Part shown: positions 36,976 through 47,300 of the stretch, in pieces | Numbering within the stretch: the first letter of the stretch is position 1 | Layout of the letters: every line of letters begins with the position of its first letter | From: a virus | Length of the DNA: 64,000 nucleotides | Direction: 5' to 3' (one strand) | Virus record (IMG/VR): IMGVR_UViG_3300028895_000881 | Location: 19,069 to 83,068 of that record | The notes under the pieces: model-generated | What the model saw: the letters and a program-made list of their open reading frames with translations, nothing else | Database searches by the model: none | What the model was told of the DNA's origin: nothing | Program-made: the position numbers and the translations under genes

Positions 36976-39900
36976 TTACGGGAAGGGAGGCGGCCCGAAA
37001 GGAGTCGCATCGTTGGGGCCCAGACCCGTGCTGTGTCGAAGCACAGTCACACCGGTCAAAGCGCGGGGGACATCAGAGGTGGCGTTAGGACCTCCCTGAG
37101 TGAAGTTGAGGGCCTGGCCCTCCATGTTCGACCGAATCCGAGCGCGGAAGAACACCGGAGCCACTCCGATGAAGGCTCCCGAGTTCGCGAAGATGTTGAC
37201 AGCCGGACCCACGTTCACACGCACCTGACAGAACACAGTACCCGTCACGGCGTCACGCCCGTTGAAGGTCACGGTCGGGTCGATGATCTGACAACCAGCA
37301 CCGTCGAGCAGAGGGTCCTGCTTTGAGGGGCCGTCCATGTCCGCGCGGCCGATGTCCATCCACGTGGTCAAGCCAGGGATCTTGATCTCGAGCGCGATGC
37401 CCAAGCCACCGGGACCGGGAGGCAAGTACGCAAAATCTTCGAGCTCGAGGCCATCGATACGAAGCGTCAGGAAAGGCTGACCCACAACGGTGGGCTCAGG
37501 AGTCGCATCATTGCTGTAGGCCGCGTCGAAGATGCGGTAGTAGAAACGGTCGTTCCCAGCCGCAGGCGCCCCCGAGTAGTCGAACTGCGCCGAAGTGATG
37601 TCACCCGCTACCAGCGACGGCCGGAACCCGGTTGAGTAGTCGATCTGCGGGTAGATGACCATGCCGCTGAACGGCTGCGGGTTCATGACGCCATCCGTAG
37701 CCGGAGGGTCGCGATCAGGGAGTCCGCTGACCTGAAGTTCGTTTTGAACCAAACCGTCCGTTTGCAGGTCACGGACGTAGTAGTCGGCACGCAAAGAGGA
37801 GGCGCCTCCCAAGGTAGCGAAGGGCTCACTTGCGATACGCACCGGCAACTCGATGGGGCCCAGGGGTCCAAAAGGTAGACCCGGGCCCTCGAGGTTGCCG
37901 AGAAGAAGACCCGCGTTGAACGTGGGGTCGATGCCCGGCAGCGTCACCTCTGCGTACCGGTAGACCTCATCGTAGAAACGCTCTTCCACGTCTTTGCGAG
38001 AACTCTCGAGGCCCGCACGCGGAGGCGAGTCTCCCACACCGGTCTTGAAGTTGCCGTACGCCCCTGCGCCCACGAAAGAGGGCGAATGGGACGTGGTGTG
38101 CATGAGGAGCTGGTCCCCGGTAGGACTCGGGAACAAGAACGTCGTGCTCGTGACCGAAGCGTCCTGCTGACCTTGGGGTTTGCGAGCAAAGAGCCGTACT
38201 TGACCATCGAAGGTGAAGTGACACTGGGAGTCGTCACCCGCGAAAGAGATGGGAGTGTCGCCACCCAACAGGATGATGTCGGCCGAGCTGAGCACGGTCG
38301 GACCTGTCGCCAGATCGAACGGACCACTTACGGAATCCACGTCCGTGTACTGGAAATCGACGCGCTGGTACGTGGCGGTTCCCGTGTAGCCAACACCAGC
38401 TCCGTTGATGATGTTGAAATCAGCGGTTCCGATGCCCAGGTACAGGATGGCAGGGTCGCGGTGCCATAGGCCCGCAGTTTCCTCCGCCGGAGGCAAGCTG
38501 GGACCACCCAAGAGGTAGGTGGGAGAAAACAGACCCGCAGCGCCCCAAGCCAACGTGTTGATCTGCCAGTTGGTGCCAAGACCACTTCCGTTGGGGAGGA
38601 AGTACTGGATGCCCGAGACGAACATCGTCTCGTCCACCTCACTCGTGAACGTGTAGCTCAGAGCGTTGGTGAGCAGAGGGTCGTTGGTGTCGGTAAGAAC
38701 CGCCGAGCGGTGGAGATGGTAGGCCCCGGAAGTAACCGGCGGAGATACCGGATCAACCAGGTTGTCGACGCTCTCCGGGTTGATGTAGTTCGACATGTCT
38801 GCGCTCCACAGCTCATAGCCGAGCGACAAGTCGTCAGGCATGATGCCGTCTCGAGCGAAGGCTTCGAAGTCCCCTTCGCGGCGGAAGTGCAGCAGGATGT
38901 ACGAGCCGTTGTCGGGATCGCCGAACACGGAACGGTCGAACTGGTGACGGTAGCGAGCGACCTGGTACGTCCAGTAGTCCTTCGAGAAGTTCGCGTAGTC
39001 ACCGGCTTGCGTCAGATCCACGAGCGGATCGAGCGCAACAGCAGGTTTCGTGAAGTACCGAGGCTTCTGTACGTCAGGGGTGAACTTGAGCCCCGTGGCC
39101 GACGTGTAGTCATCGAGGTGTGGCAGGCGGTAGCCGAAGAAGTTGTTGTCGTTACCGCCACCCGTGGCCGCCGTGGTGCCGCCGAGAACCGGGATGCCCC
39201 CGGGCACGATGGGAACACCGGCCGCCGGGTCAGATCCCAGACGAACTTGTCCGGCACTGGGATCTGCACCGCCAGGGAGGGCTGCTCCCGTCTCACTGTC
39301 GATGCCCAGGTGGAGCTCCACCAGGTTGTACTGGCCCGTGGCGCGTCCCGGGAAAGCGTACACATCCGGGTCGCCTTCCGAAAAAATGCCGCCGGGATCG
39401 CCATCGCAATCCCCGTTGAGACCTTGGCCACACAGGATGGCCGCGATGACACGCTCGGTCAGGGGTTGCGCCAAGAACTCAGCGACACCTCCGGCTGCCG
39501 GCCAGTGAAACAGAGCGATGACCCCTCGGTCTGCCGGATACACGGCGCCAGAGATGACCACGTTCGTCGTGCCTACCCCCGCGTTGAGGGTTCGGGCAGT
39601 TTCCACGATGGGCACCGTGCGTGTGAAACCGCCGTGATGCGTGAAGCCAGGGCCACCGCCGGTGTAGCCCACGTCCGCGATGTTGAAAGTCGGGTCCGTG
39701 TCGGGGTCGTTACCCGGGATGGTGAAAACCACACCACCAGGGTTGTCGGCAAAAGCGGTCGAGAAGATGTTCTGTGTCTCGTACGGAGGGAAGAACCACT
39801 CGTTGTAGACCCAGAAGTCGTTGTTCGGGTTCGACGGGTCCGGGCTCGTCACATCACCGCGCGTGATGAACCCACCGTCACGCAGCTTGAGGACACCCCA

Positions 39901-40203
39901 GTCCGTGATGCCCGTGAAGGTCAACGCATTGGAGAAGTTACCGATCGTCGGAGGACGAGCCGGGATCAGACCCGCAAGCTCGTCCAGGTTCTCCTGCACG
40001 TTGTCACCCGTGTAAGCCCCGTTCGAAGTCGTCGTCGAGATCGCCGAGGCCGGGTGTGCGTCCTCGGGGTCGTTGATGTGCGCCTCGAGCCCCTTGTTCT
40101 GGCCCTCGATGACTTCGTCCGTGAACGAATTGGAGTCCACCGAGTCCTGGTTTGCGAGACCAGAACCCTTCAGGATGGTGCCGGGATCTACTTCACGAGG
40201 CAT
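36976..40203 (-). CDS. large putative virion structural protein (1075 aa)
   Basis: N-terminal HINDPEDAHPASAIS...NVQENLDEL, a motif type seen in tail fibre/baseplate proteins. Confidence 0.65.
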   Translation of the reverse strand: MPREVDPGTILKGSGLANQDSVDSNSFTDEVIEGQNKGLEAHINDPEDAHPASAISTTTSNGAYTGDNVQENLDELAGLIPARPPTIGNFSNALTFTGITDWGVLKLRDGGFITRGDVTSPDPSNPNNDFWVYNEWFFPPYETQNIFSTAFADNPGGVVFTIPGNDPDTDPTFNIADVGYTGGGPGFTHHGGFTRTVPIVETARTLNAGVGTTNVVISGAVYPADRGVIALFHWPAAGGVAEFLAQPLTERVIAAILCGQGLNGDCDGDPGGIFSEGDPDVYAFPGRATGQYNLVELHLGIDSETGAALPGGADPSAGQVRLGSDPAAGVPIVPGGIPVLGGTTAATGGGNDNNFFGYRLPHLDDYTSATGLKFTPDVQKPRYFTKPAVALDPLVDLTQAGDYANFSKDYWTYQVARYRHQFDRSVFGDPDNGSYILLHFRREGDFEAFARDGIMPDDLSLGYELWSADMSNYINPESVDNLVDPVSPPVTSGAYHLHRSAVLTDTNDPLLTNALSYTFTSEVDETMFVSGIQYFLPNGSGLGTNWQINTLAWGAAGLFSPTYLLGGPSLPPAEETAGLWHRDPAILYLGIGTADFNIINGAGVGYTGTATYQRVDFQYTDVDSVSGPFDLATGPTVLSSADIILLGGDTPISFAGDDSQCHFTFDGQVRLFARKPQGQQDASVTSTTFLFPSPTGDQLLMHTTSHSPSFVGAGAYGNFKTGVGDSPPRAGLESSRKDVEERFYDEVYRYAEVTLPGIDPTFNAGLLLGNLEGPGLPFGPLGPIELPVRIASEPFATLGGASSLRADYYVRDLQTDGLVQNELQVSGLPDRDPPATDGVMNPQPFSGMVIYPQIDYSTGFRPSLVAGDITSAQFDYSGAPAAGNDRFYYRIFDAAYSNDATPEPTVVGQPFLTLRIDGLELEDFAYLPPGPGGLGIALEIKIPGLTTWMDIGRADMDGPSKQDPLLDGAGCQIIDPTVTFNGRDAVTGTVFCQVRVNVGPAVNIFANSGAFIGVAPVFFRARIRSNMEGQALNFTQGGPNATSDVPRALTGVTVLRHSTGLGPNDATPFGPPPFP

Positions 40204-40206
40204 CGT

Positions 40207-43200
40207 TTACTCCTGGTTCCCCGCGACCATCAGCAGATTCTTCGTTCGGAACACGCCGACACCGGTGTTGCCTCCAGCGTCTGCAAAGCTCAGGTCGTTG
40301 TTCGCGTCCAGAACAGCCCAGCGCGTGATCACGAGCAGAAGAAGCTCATCCTTACGGAACAGCACGCTGTCCTGTCGGGCGCGAACGAGCGCGGGCATGA
40401 AGACCTTGTGACGCACGACGTTGCTCATGCCCTGAGCCATGGCCGTCGGGCGGTGGCCCGAACGGTTGATGACCGGGTACACGGCACGGAATTCGGTGTC
40501 CTTGAACGGCTCGTCCGTCGTCGGCGTACCACCAAGCGTCCAATCGATCGAACCTTCGGCCGGCACCAATGAGTGCAGAGCGAGCGTGCCCACCTCGGCA
40601 TCGAAGTCATCGATGCTGATGTTGGCCGTGGCCGCGAAGTAGTACTCGCCAGGGAACGTGTCCGGAGCCGGCGGGATCTCGGTACGGCCGTCGTTGACCG
40701 GAAGCTGATCGAGCGGGGCAAAGTGCGGGAACGGGAGTTCCACGCTGCCCATACCGACCTGGCCCGACCACACATTTTGACTGACGTACAGGGGTTCAAC
40801 CTCGAGGGTGGCAGGCAGGGCGCCCCCAGCTCCCGTATACGGGAAATCGGTAACCGTGGTGCTGAGCACACCCTCTTTGGTGCCCACCGTCTGCGGCGCG
40901 TTGGTCCGGTAGTAGATCGTCTGTTGGTAACCGGCACCGGCGGGACCGAAGTTGGGGACCGCATCCTGAGCAAAGAACCGGACCTCACACAGAGTTTGGC
41001 CAGCACCCGAAAGCGGTACCGCCGGAGGGATACCGGTGTTGTTCAGCACGACGAGGCGAGTCGATGAACCGAACTCCGAAGCCGTGTCGTCCACGTCGCG
41101 CGGGTTGCCATCATCGAGGTCGGTCACCGACACACTGTTCATCGCGTCTCCCCAGAAACGGCGAGGGAGCACGATGTTTGTGGGGTTACGGCTGACCACC
41201 GTCTCCGGGGTAAGCGTGCCGATCGGGATGCCGGCGTTGCCTCCTCCCGCAGTGGGGTCGTTGGCGACGTACTCGATCATGACCTCACGGAAACCGGGTC
41301 GGAAAGAGGGCGCCAACCGGTCTTCCATGTCGGTGGGACGCTGGTCAGGACCCGTGGGGAGCCAGTTCTCCAACATCGCCGCGTAGGGGTACGGCGGGTT
41401 GTCGGGCGTGAGCTCGAGATCAGGAGTATCCGTCAGCCCGACACCCAGCGGGTAGGTGACCTCGAGCTCGATAAAGATGCGTCGAGGGGACCCCACATCG
41501 CCCGTGATGTTGGTTCCGACCATGTCGGTCGCCGCAGCGTTCAGACCACCCGTCACCTGCGTCGGATTGATGTCGAGCGTGATCTGAACGTTGGGCGTGC
41601 CCAAACCCACAATGGTCGTGGCCTTGACCGTCTGATCGACTGCGAAGTTCCAGTTCCCATCATCGTGGAACATGGACAGCACATCTGTCACGATGGTCCC
41701 AGGGGGCACCAGAGACGCCAGGACGGCTGCCGGAACCGGCCAGGACTCTACGTTGGTCGGGTCGAAATCGCCGAGGGTGGAGGCGTTCAGGAGCGTCAGA
41801 TCGATGTTGATCTCGTCGCCTTCAGCCCACCCTGCGAATCCTGCGGCGTAACCAGGTCGCACAACGTATTTGCCAGGGTTTCCGGCCGGAGTGTCTCCGG
41901 GGAAGAACCCAAGAACCACGCGCTCGACGACGGGCTGGTCACCGAACCTTCGAGCGAAGTGATCAAAGTTTCGGATGGTGACGCCACGAGTCGTGTCTCC
42001 TGACAACGGCGCAACACCACCAGAAGCCGCCGTACGCCCCACCTCATTGGCCACCAGATTCTGCGTGGAAACGTCACCCGAACCGGAGCCGAGCACTTGC
42101 TTCGACGCGGTGTCGATTGCCCAGGTTCGCATGGTGCCGTCTTGCAGCACCTGCATCTGGTACTGACATTCAGCCGCCAGATCTTGTCCTGTGAATCGGA
42201 TGTGGCGACGCAAGTCCATCACATCCGTCACACCGATGGCATCTGCAAAGGCGCCATCGGGACGGCTTGATTCGCCCACCCCGACCGGAGACAGGAAGAG
42301 GTTGGGGTTCACCGTGGCCGGGTGGTTGTGGAGAAGAGCACCGTTGGTGTTGGTCTGGGGATCGAACCCGACCCCAGCCGAGTTGTCGTTCTTGCGGAAG
42401 ACAAACGCGAGGGGAATCGCGTAGACGAAACCATCCACGGTCCCAAGATCTGAAGCCGAGGTCGCAGTCCCGTTGCCGGCAATCCACAAGCCATTGTCGA
42501 GAATGCCGTATCCGATGTTGGTACCCGCAACACCGTCTCGAGCATCGCTGTTGTCGATGACGGTCTTGAGGTCCGCAGGAACGAATGGGTACATCGGAAC
42601 TGGGGCCGTCTCCGATCCCTGAGCCAAGACGTTGGGGTTGCTGAACCCATCCGCTTGGAGCTTGAAGTCGATGCCTTCCGCTTCACCCGTGTGCCGGATG
42701 CGGTATTGAACTTGAACGCGCTTGGTCGTCTCGGCCGCAACATCCGGATCTTCGATGTCGTCCGCCAGAGCCACGGAGGCCGGTGACAACACGTTGCCGT
42801 GTCGATAGATCGAATCCTGCGTCGGCTTGTTTGGCGTATCCGCACCACCCGTCAGGAAACCGCCCGAAGGAAGGATAGCCGCCGGGTTGCTACTGCCCAG
42901 CGTGATGGCATTGCCCGCCGCCCCCGAAACGTTGGCCGTGATCTGCACGATGTTGGCGTTCGAGGTTGCGACGACGGTGCCGACCGCGATGTTGATCGCC
43001 GAAGCGATGTTGGCCGCTGTGCTGACCGGGTTACCGGGGATGATCTGGAACTGAAGCGGCCCAGGAGGGACAAGAATGCCCGTGAGAACGATGCCATCCA
43101 CGGTGACCGTGTCACCCACACTGATGGTTACAGGGTCTGCAACGGTAAGTGTTCCTCGGGCCGAGGGGCTGTCGCTGACGAGAGCAAGCCAAACCTCGAG

Positions 43201-43638
43201 GAACACGAAGTCAGTCCGTTTGAATACCGGCGGAGCTCCGGGAGGGCTCGGAGCATCGAGAACGATCAGGTTGTCGCCCTTGACGTCGGTGTTGGTGTAC
43301 TCGATGTCGAGTAGCATCCCGGCGACAAGCGCCTGGACCTTCTGCATGTGGAAGGCGTTGGCGACGAAGTCAGGATTGAGTGCTGGACCTGGGAGCCACG
43401 GATCATCGAAACTAAACTCGTTGAACGCATCGCCACGAGTCTGGCCACGAACCCAACCAGAAGGCACCGACCGTGCCTGCTCCTTGATGCGCTGGAGATC
43501 GCGGATGTCCTGCTCGAGGTTCTTCTCGGAGTCGAGGACGAGTTTGCCCTTCTGAGACACAACAGTGTCCCAGCTCCGCTCCTTGGGATCCAGGTACCGG
43601 CTTACAGAGGCCGGATAGAACTTGGGACGGGTGGGCAT
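40207..43638 (-). CDS. large virion protein (1143 aa), paralogue of 26236-31935
   Basis: Shared blocks: VSRxLD, LDSExNLxQ, DFVFLExWL, ETTxRVQxQYRIR, LGTVDGxxYAIP, DGxFADxI...DLRR. Confidence 0.7.
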   Translation of the reverse strand: MPTRPKFYPASVSRYLDPKERSWDTVVSQKGKLVLDSEKNLEQDIRDLQRIKEQARSVPSGWVRGQTRGDAFNEFSFDDPWLPGPALNPDFVANAFHMQKVQALVAGMLLDIEYTNTDVKGDNLIVLDAPSPPGAPPVFKRTDFVFLEVWLALVSDSPSARGTLTVADPVTISVGDTVTVDGIVLTGILVPPGPLQFQIIPGNPVSTAANIASAINIAVGTVVATSNANIVQITANVSGAAGNAITLGSSNPAAILPSGGFLTGGADTPNKPTQDSIYRHGNVLSPASVALADDIEDPDVAAETTKRVQVQYRIRHTGEAEGIDFKLQADGFSNPNVLAQGSETAPVPMYPFVPADLKTVIDNSDARDGVAGTNIGYGILDNGLWIAGNGTATSASDLGTVDGFVYAIPLAFVFRKNDNSAGVGFDPQTNTNGALLHNHPATVNPNLFLSPVGVGESSRPDGAFADAIGVTDVMDLRRHIRFTGQDLAAECQYQMQVLQDGTMRTWAIDTASKQVLGSGSGDVSTQNLVANEVGRTAASGGVAPLSGDTTRGVTIRNFDHFARRFGDQPVVERVVLGFFPGDTPAGNPGKYVVRPGYAAGFAGWAEGDEINIDLTLLNASTLGDFDPTNVESWPVPAAVLASLVPPGTIVTDVLSMFHDDGNWNFAVDQTVKATTIVGLGTPNVQITLDINPTQVTGGLNAAATDMVGTNITGDVGSPRRIFIELEVTYPLGVGLTDTPDLELTPDNPPYPYAAMLENWLPTGPDQRPTDMEDRLAPSFRPGFREVMIEYVANDPTAGGGNAGIPIGTLTPETVVSRNPTNIVLPRRFWGDAMNSVSVTDLDDGNPRDVDDTASEFGSSTRLVVLNNTGIPPAVPLSGAGQTLCEVRFFAQDAVPNFGPAGAGYQQTIYYRTNAPQTVGTKEGVLSTTVTDFPYTGAGGALPATLEVEPLYVSQNVWSGQVGMGSVELPFPHFAPLDQLPVNDGRTEIPPAPDTFPGEYYFAATANISIDDFDAEVGTLALHSLVPAEGSIDWTLGGTPTTDEPFKDTEFRAVYPVINRSGHRPTAMAQGMSNVVRHKVFMPALVRARQDSVLFRKDELLLLVITRWAVLDANNDLSFADAGGNTGVGVFRTKNLLMVAGNQE

Positions 43639-43648
43639 GGGAGAGCAC

Positions 43649-44302
43649 CTAGAAGGTGAGACGCCAGGTGATGGTCAGGATCGAAGTGGCAGGCTTGGAG
43701 ATCACGCTGAACGTCAGGTAGTTGACGAGCATGTCGTAGTTGGTGACATCGATCGCGGGGTCGTAGGCTTGACCGCCCTGTCCCGCAAAGTTCGGGTTGT
43801 TGTTCCGAATCGTCGTGTTGTTGGAGATCGTCGAAAGCAACCCCATCTCATTGAGAGGGCCGACAGCCTCCGACTCACCGTAGATGGTGGTGAAGTCCAC
43901 GACGTTGGTCGGGATCTCAACCGCCGCACCGTTCGCGTCTCGGAAGGTAGTCTCCGAAAACGGCTTACGAGTAATCTCGTTGTTGAGACGACGCTGCTGG
44001 TTGGTGGGCGCGTCGGGGTTCAACACGGCGCCGAGTGCTCCGGTTCCGACCCCGAGCATGTTGATACCGTGGGCCGGCTCCTGGGGATCCTTCATCAGCC
44101 GAGCAACGAGTAGGCCCGCGTCGAGCGTCACCACGTTCTTCTTGTCACGCTGAAGCTGGAGCTCGTTCGTTTGAGCATCCCGCATTTCGAAAAAGACGTG
44201 ACCCTCGACGGTCAGCAGGGAAGGCTCGCTGTAGCGGTGTCCCATGCCGACCTTGTAGCCGGAGCGGGCCTTCTTTAGGTTTTCACGAATGATTGTGGGC
44301 AT
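43649..44302 (-). CDS. tail-collar/baseplate protein
   Basis: KNVVT...MLGVGTG...LNNEITRK...EAVGPLNEMGL...ITWRLTF pattern typical of collar-fibre/baseplate proteins. Confidence 0.65.
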   Translation of the reverse strand: MPTIIRENLKKARSGYKVGMGHRYSEPSLLTVEGHVFFEMRDAQTNELQLQRDKKNVVTLDAGLLVARLMKDPQEPAHGINMLGVGTGALGAVLNPDAPTNQQRRLNNEITRKPFSETTFRDANGAAVEIPTNVVDFTTIYGESEAVGPLNEMGLLSTISNNTTIRNNNPNFAGQGGQAYDPAIDVTNYDMLVNYLTFSVISKPATSILTITWRLTF

Positions 44303-44342
44303 GGGATCTCCCTGTTAGTGCCTTCCGATAGGATGAAAACCG

Positions 44343-47300
44343 CTACGGAGCCGGGGTTCCAGTCCCGAAGTAGAGGTTGGTCGTCGTGTTGGTGAGGGTG
44401 TCGTAGAGCTGTCCGAACACGCTCCAACCCACAGTACCGTCGGCGCCTTGGAACGGTGGTGTCCCCGGCCCCAACGGCGTGAACAAGATGGCTCCTTGAA
44501 GCACACCCCCTGGCGGTGCGTCGCCGCCGCTTGCTTTGAGAAACTCGGTGCTCGTGACTTGGCCAAACCCGTTGGCCGGGCCATCTGAGAAGGTGATCGG
44601 CTCTGTTTCTGTGAAACTAAGACCGCCAAACCCGATGCCGATCAGACCGTTGCCGATGTCGCCAGGGTCGTTGCCAGGGCTGCCTGCTTCAGCCGCACCA
44701 GGAACGCTGTCATCGCAGAAAGGTGAGAGGCGACACTCTTCACCTTCCGAGACTTCGCAGAAATCGATCTCCTCGTACTGCGTCTTCGGGTCCGATCGAA
44801 AATCTCGGAACCGGAACGGATCGTTGAGGATGAAGTCGGGGTCGGTGTTGAGGAGGTCGTTAGGATCGTTGATCCTCGAACCCCAAGCCAAGAACCCCTC
44901 GTCCTTCATCACCTGTGTTGTCTGGTACGGAGGCGTCCCCTCGTTGAGCAACGTGGTGCCGTCAAGCAGAGGTTGCGAACACAGGTACGTCTTCGTCAAC
45001 GGCTTGCCCGGTGCGAAGTTGACAGTGACCGTAGCCTGGACATCGACGTTGTAGGCGTTGTCGTCAAACTCGTCGAACAGAGGCTCGTTTGGATCGAGGA
45101 AAACCTCGGGCGGGTACGGCCAAGTTTCTGACTCGTTCAAACTCGGATTGACGACGAAGGGATCTTCTTCGTCCGGCACATCGAGCGACGGGTAGTAGCC
45201 CAGATTCTGGGATGACGTGATCGTGATAACTTGAGTAGCCTGGTCAAACTCGAATGAACCAGGGTTGTAGACGACCTCTTCACCCGCATCGTTGACGTAA
45301 ACGAGGTTGAAGATACGATCCGCCGTGATGTTGGTCTGAGAGAGCTCGATCGTGGTGCTGTTGGTAGACACCACTTCCACGGACTCCACGGTCACGTCAG
45401 TCGTGAATTCGCCACTCGTGATGACGTTGTACTGGTTCAGCACCATGTGCGGCGGCATGATGAAATCCTCGCTCGCGTACCGGTAAACGCGGTAGCGGAC
45501 TTCATCAATGCGCGTCTGACTGATGGAACGAGGATCCAGAGCGCCGAAAGAGACAAACCCGAGCGAATCCGAGGTCCGAGGAAGGTGCCGGTACTCGACA
45601 TTGATCCAACCCGCACTCGGTTCGGTGAACTGTGTAGCGAAGTTGCCCGTGAACCCGGGAGGCGGCGGGAGATCCGGCCGCAAGATCGTGACGCCCCAAC
45701 CCGGGTCTCGGTGAATTCGAGCTCGAATCCTCGAGCGCCAATCCATCTCCTCCACTACTGCTGACAGGTCAGAGTTCGGCACGTCCAGGGTGTCCGTGCG
45801 CGGGATCTCCCACTCGTTGATGTCGTCAACATCACCACCAAGCCAGACGCCCAACGTACGCTTGGCCGTGCTCGGGGGGAGTACCACGACAGAGAAGTCC
45901 TCGACTTCGACTTGCGCGTCCGTTGTCGTCGAAGCAAAGCCGAGCGTGGCTTCGGTGTCCGTAGAAGAGAACGAGAACAGTGTGAGGTCCGCAGTGCCCA
46001 GCACCACGTCATCCACGATCACGGAGACAACGTCCACGTCTGTGTCTGCGATGACGCGATACGTGTGGAGCTCTCCGTCATTCCAAGCCACATCGAACGC
46101 GACAACTTCGATGCCTGTCTCGAGAGAGAACAAAGAAACCTGGTCCGGGTTACCCCCGGCAGCGACTCGAAGTTGAAGCCCCACACCTCGTGCTGCTCCG
46201 ATGGGGCCTACGTCTGTTCCGATGAAGATCCCCGTGTCTCCAACAGGGTCCAAAGCACCAATGCTTGACACCTTGATACGAGATTCGAAGATGCGACCAT
46301 CGCCAGCCAAAGAGGTCGCGGGGGGTTGAAGCAAGACGAGCGTGTAGAGCAAGGTCTCGCCAACCACCTGCGTAAACTGAAGGCGTTGGCCTTGAACCTG
46401 TTCGAGCGTGAGCTGACCTGTCTTGAGCCACCCCTGCTGGTCTGGAAGCAAGAGTCCAGAGAGCGAAAGATTCTCAAGGTTGAGGAGCGAACGCTCGGTC
46501 CCGTTTTCGACGTAAAGGAGAGTGCCGAGACGAACTTCTCGTGTCCCATCCTTCACGCTGTAGAGCAGGTCACCTCCCCCAAGAACGCCGCTGTCGATCT
46601 GGAAAGTCGTGTCCACATCGATCGCCAAACGCCGCGTCAAGAAAGGCTCGATGCGTGCGTACCCGATCGTGAGATCCTGACCCTCAACCCCTGCCTGGTT
46701 GTCGGCCGAGGTGGCTTTCAGCAGAATCTGGTCTCCAGTTGAATCGATGATGCGAGACCCGAATTCCTGAGTTAGGAACCAGATGTTGTTGGGGTCGTCT
46801 TCCGGCAGATCGTTCATCTCTGCCGCGACCACAATCTGTCGGAAGTTCTGAGTCGTGACCCCCGGGTCCACTCCGTACCGGAAGAAGTGCCAGTTGCTCA
46901 GGTTGCTCGCACGCCGATCCAGAGATCCCCAGAAGACCTCTCCGTCCTCACCCGTCGGGTACATCAGGACACCATCTGGGGGGATCGCGAAAGGAGGGGC
47001 ACCCTCGAGGGTGAGCGAAGACCCCGAGAAGGAGCTCCCAACGAAAAGCTCCGCGAGTCCATCAGGGAGCAGCTTGATGTCGTTCTTGACGACAAGCCGG
47101 TACGTTACGGGGCGGTTGGTATCACCGTCACCGTCCCATCGTGCCTCGAACACGATCGTGAAATCACGGTTGCCGAAAATCTGCGGATCAGCCGGGAACG
47201 GTGAGTCTGGATCGATGGAGACGGTGCTCGTGCCGTCTGTCTGATCGACGATCTCGATGACCTCGTAGATGCCCGCCTGAGTTCCGTCGAAGATCTGAAA

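Noticed and set aside
33495-37088. 1197-aa plus-strand ORF (likewise 9974-12025, 3100-5043, 38710-40572, 16138-17778, 22387-23907)
   Set aside because: They lie antisense to well-supported minus-strand genes, are Arg/Val/His-rich and have no motifs; such shadow ORFs are expected in GC-rich, codon-biased DNA.
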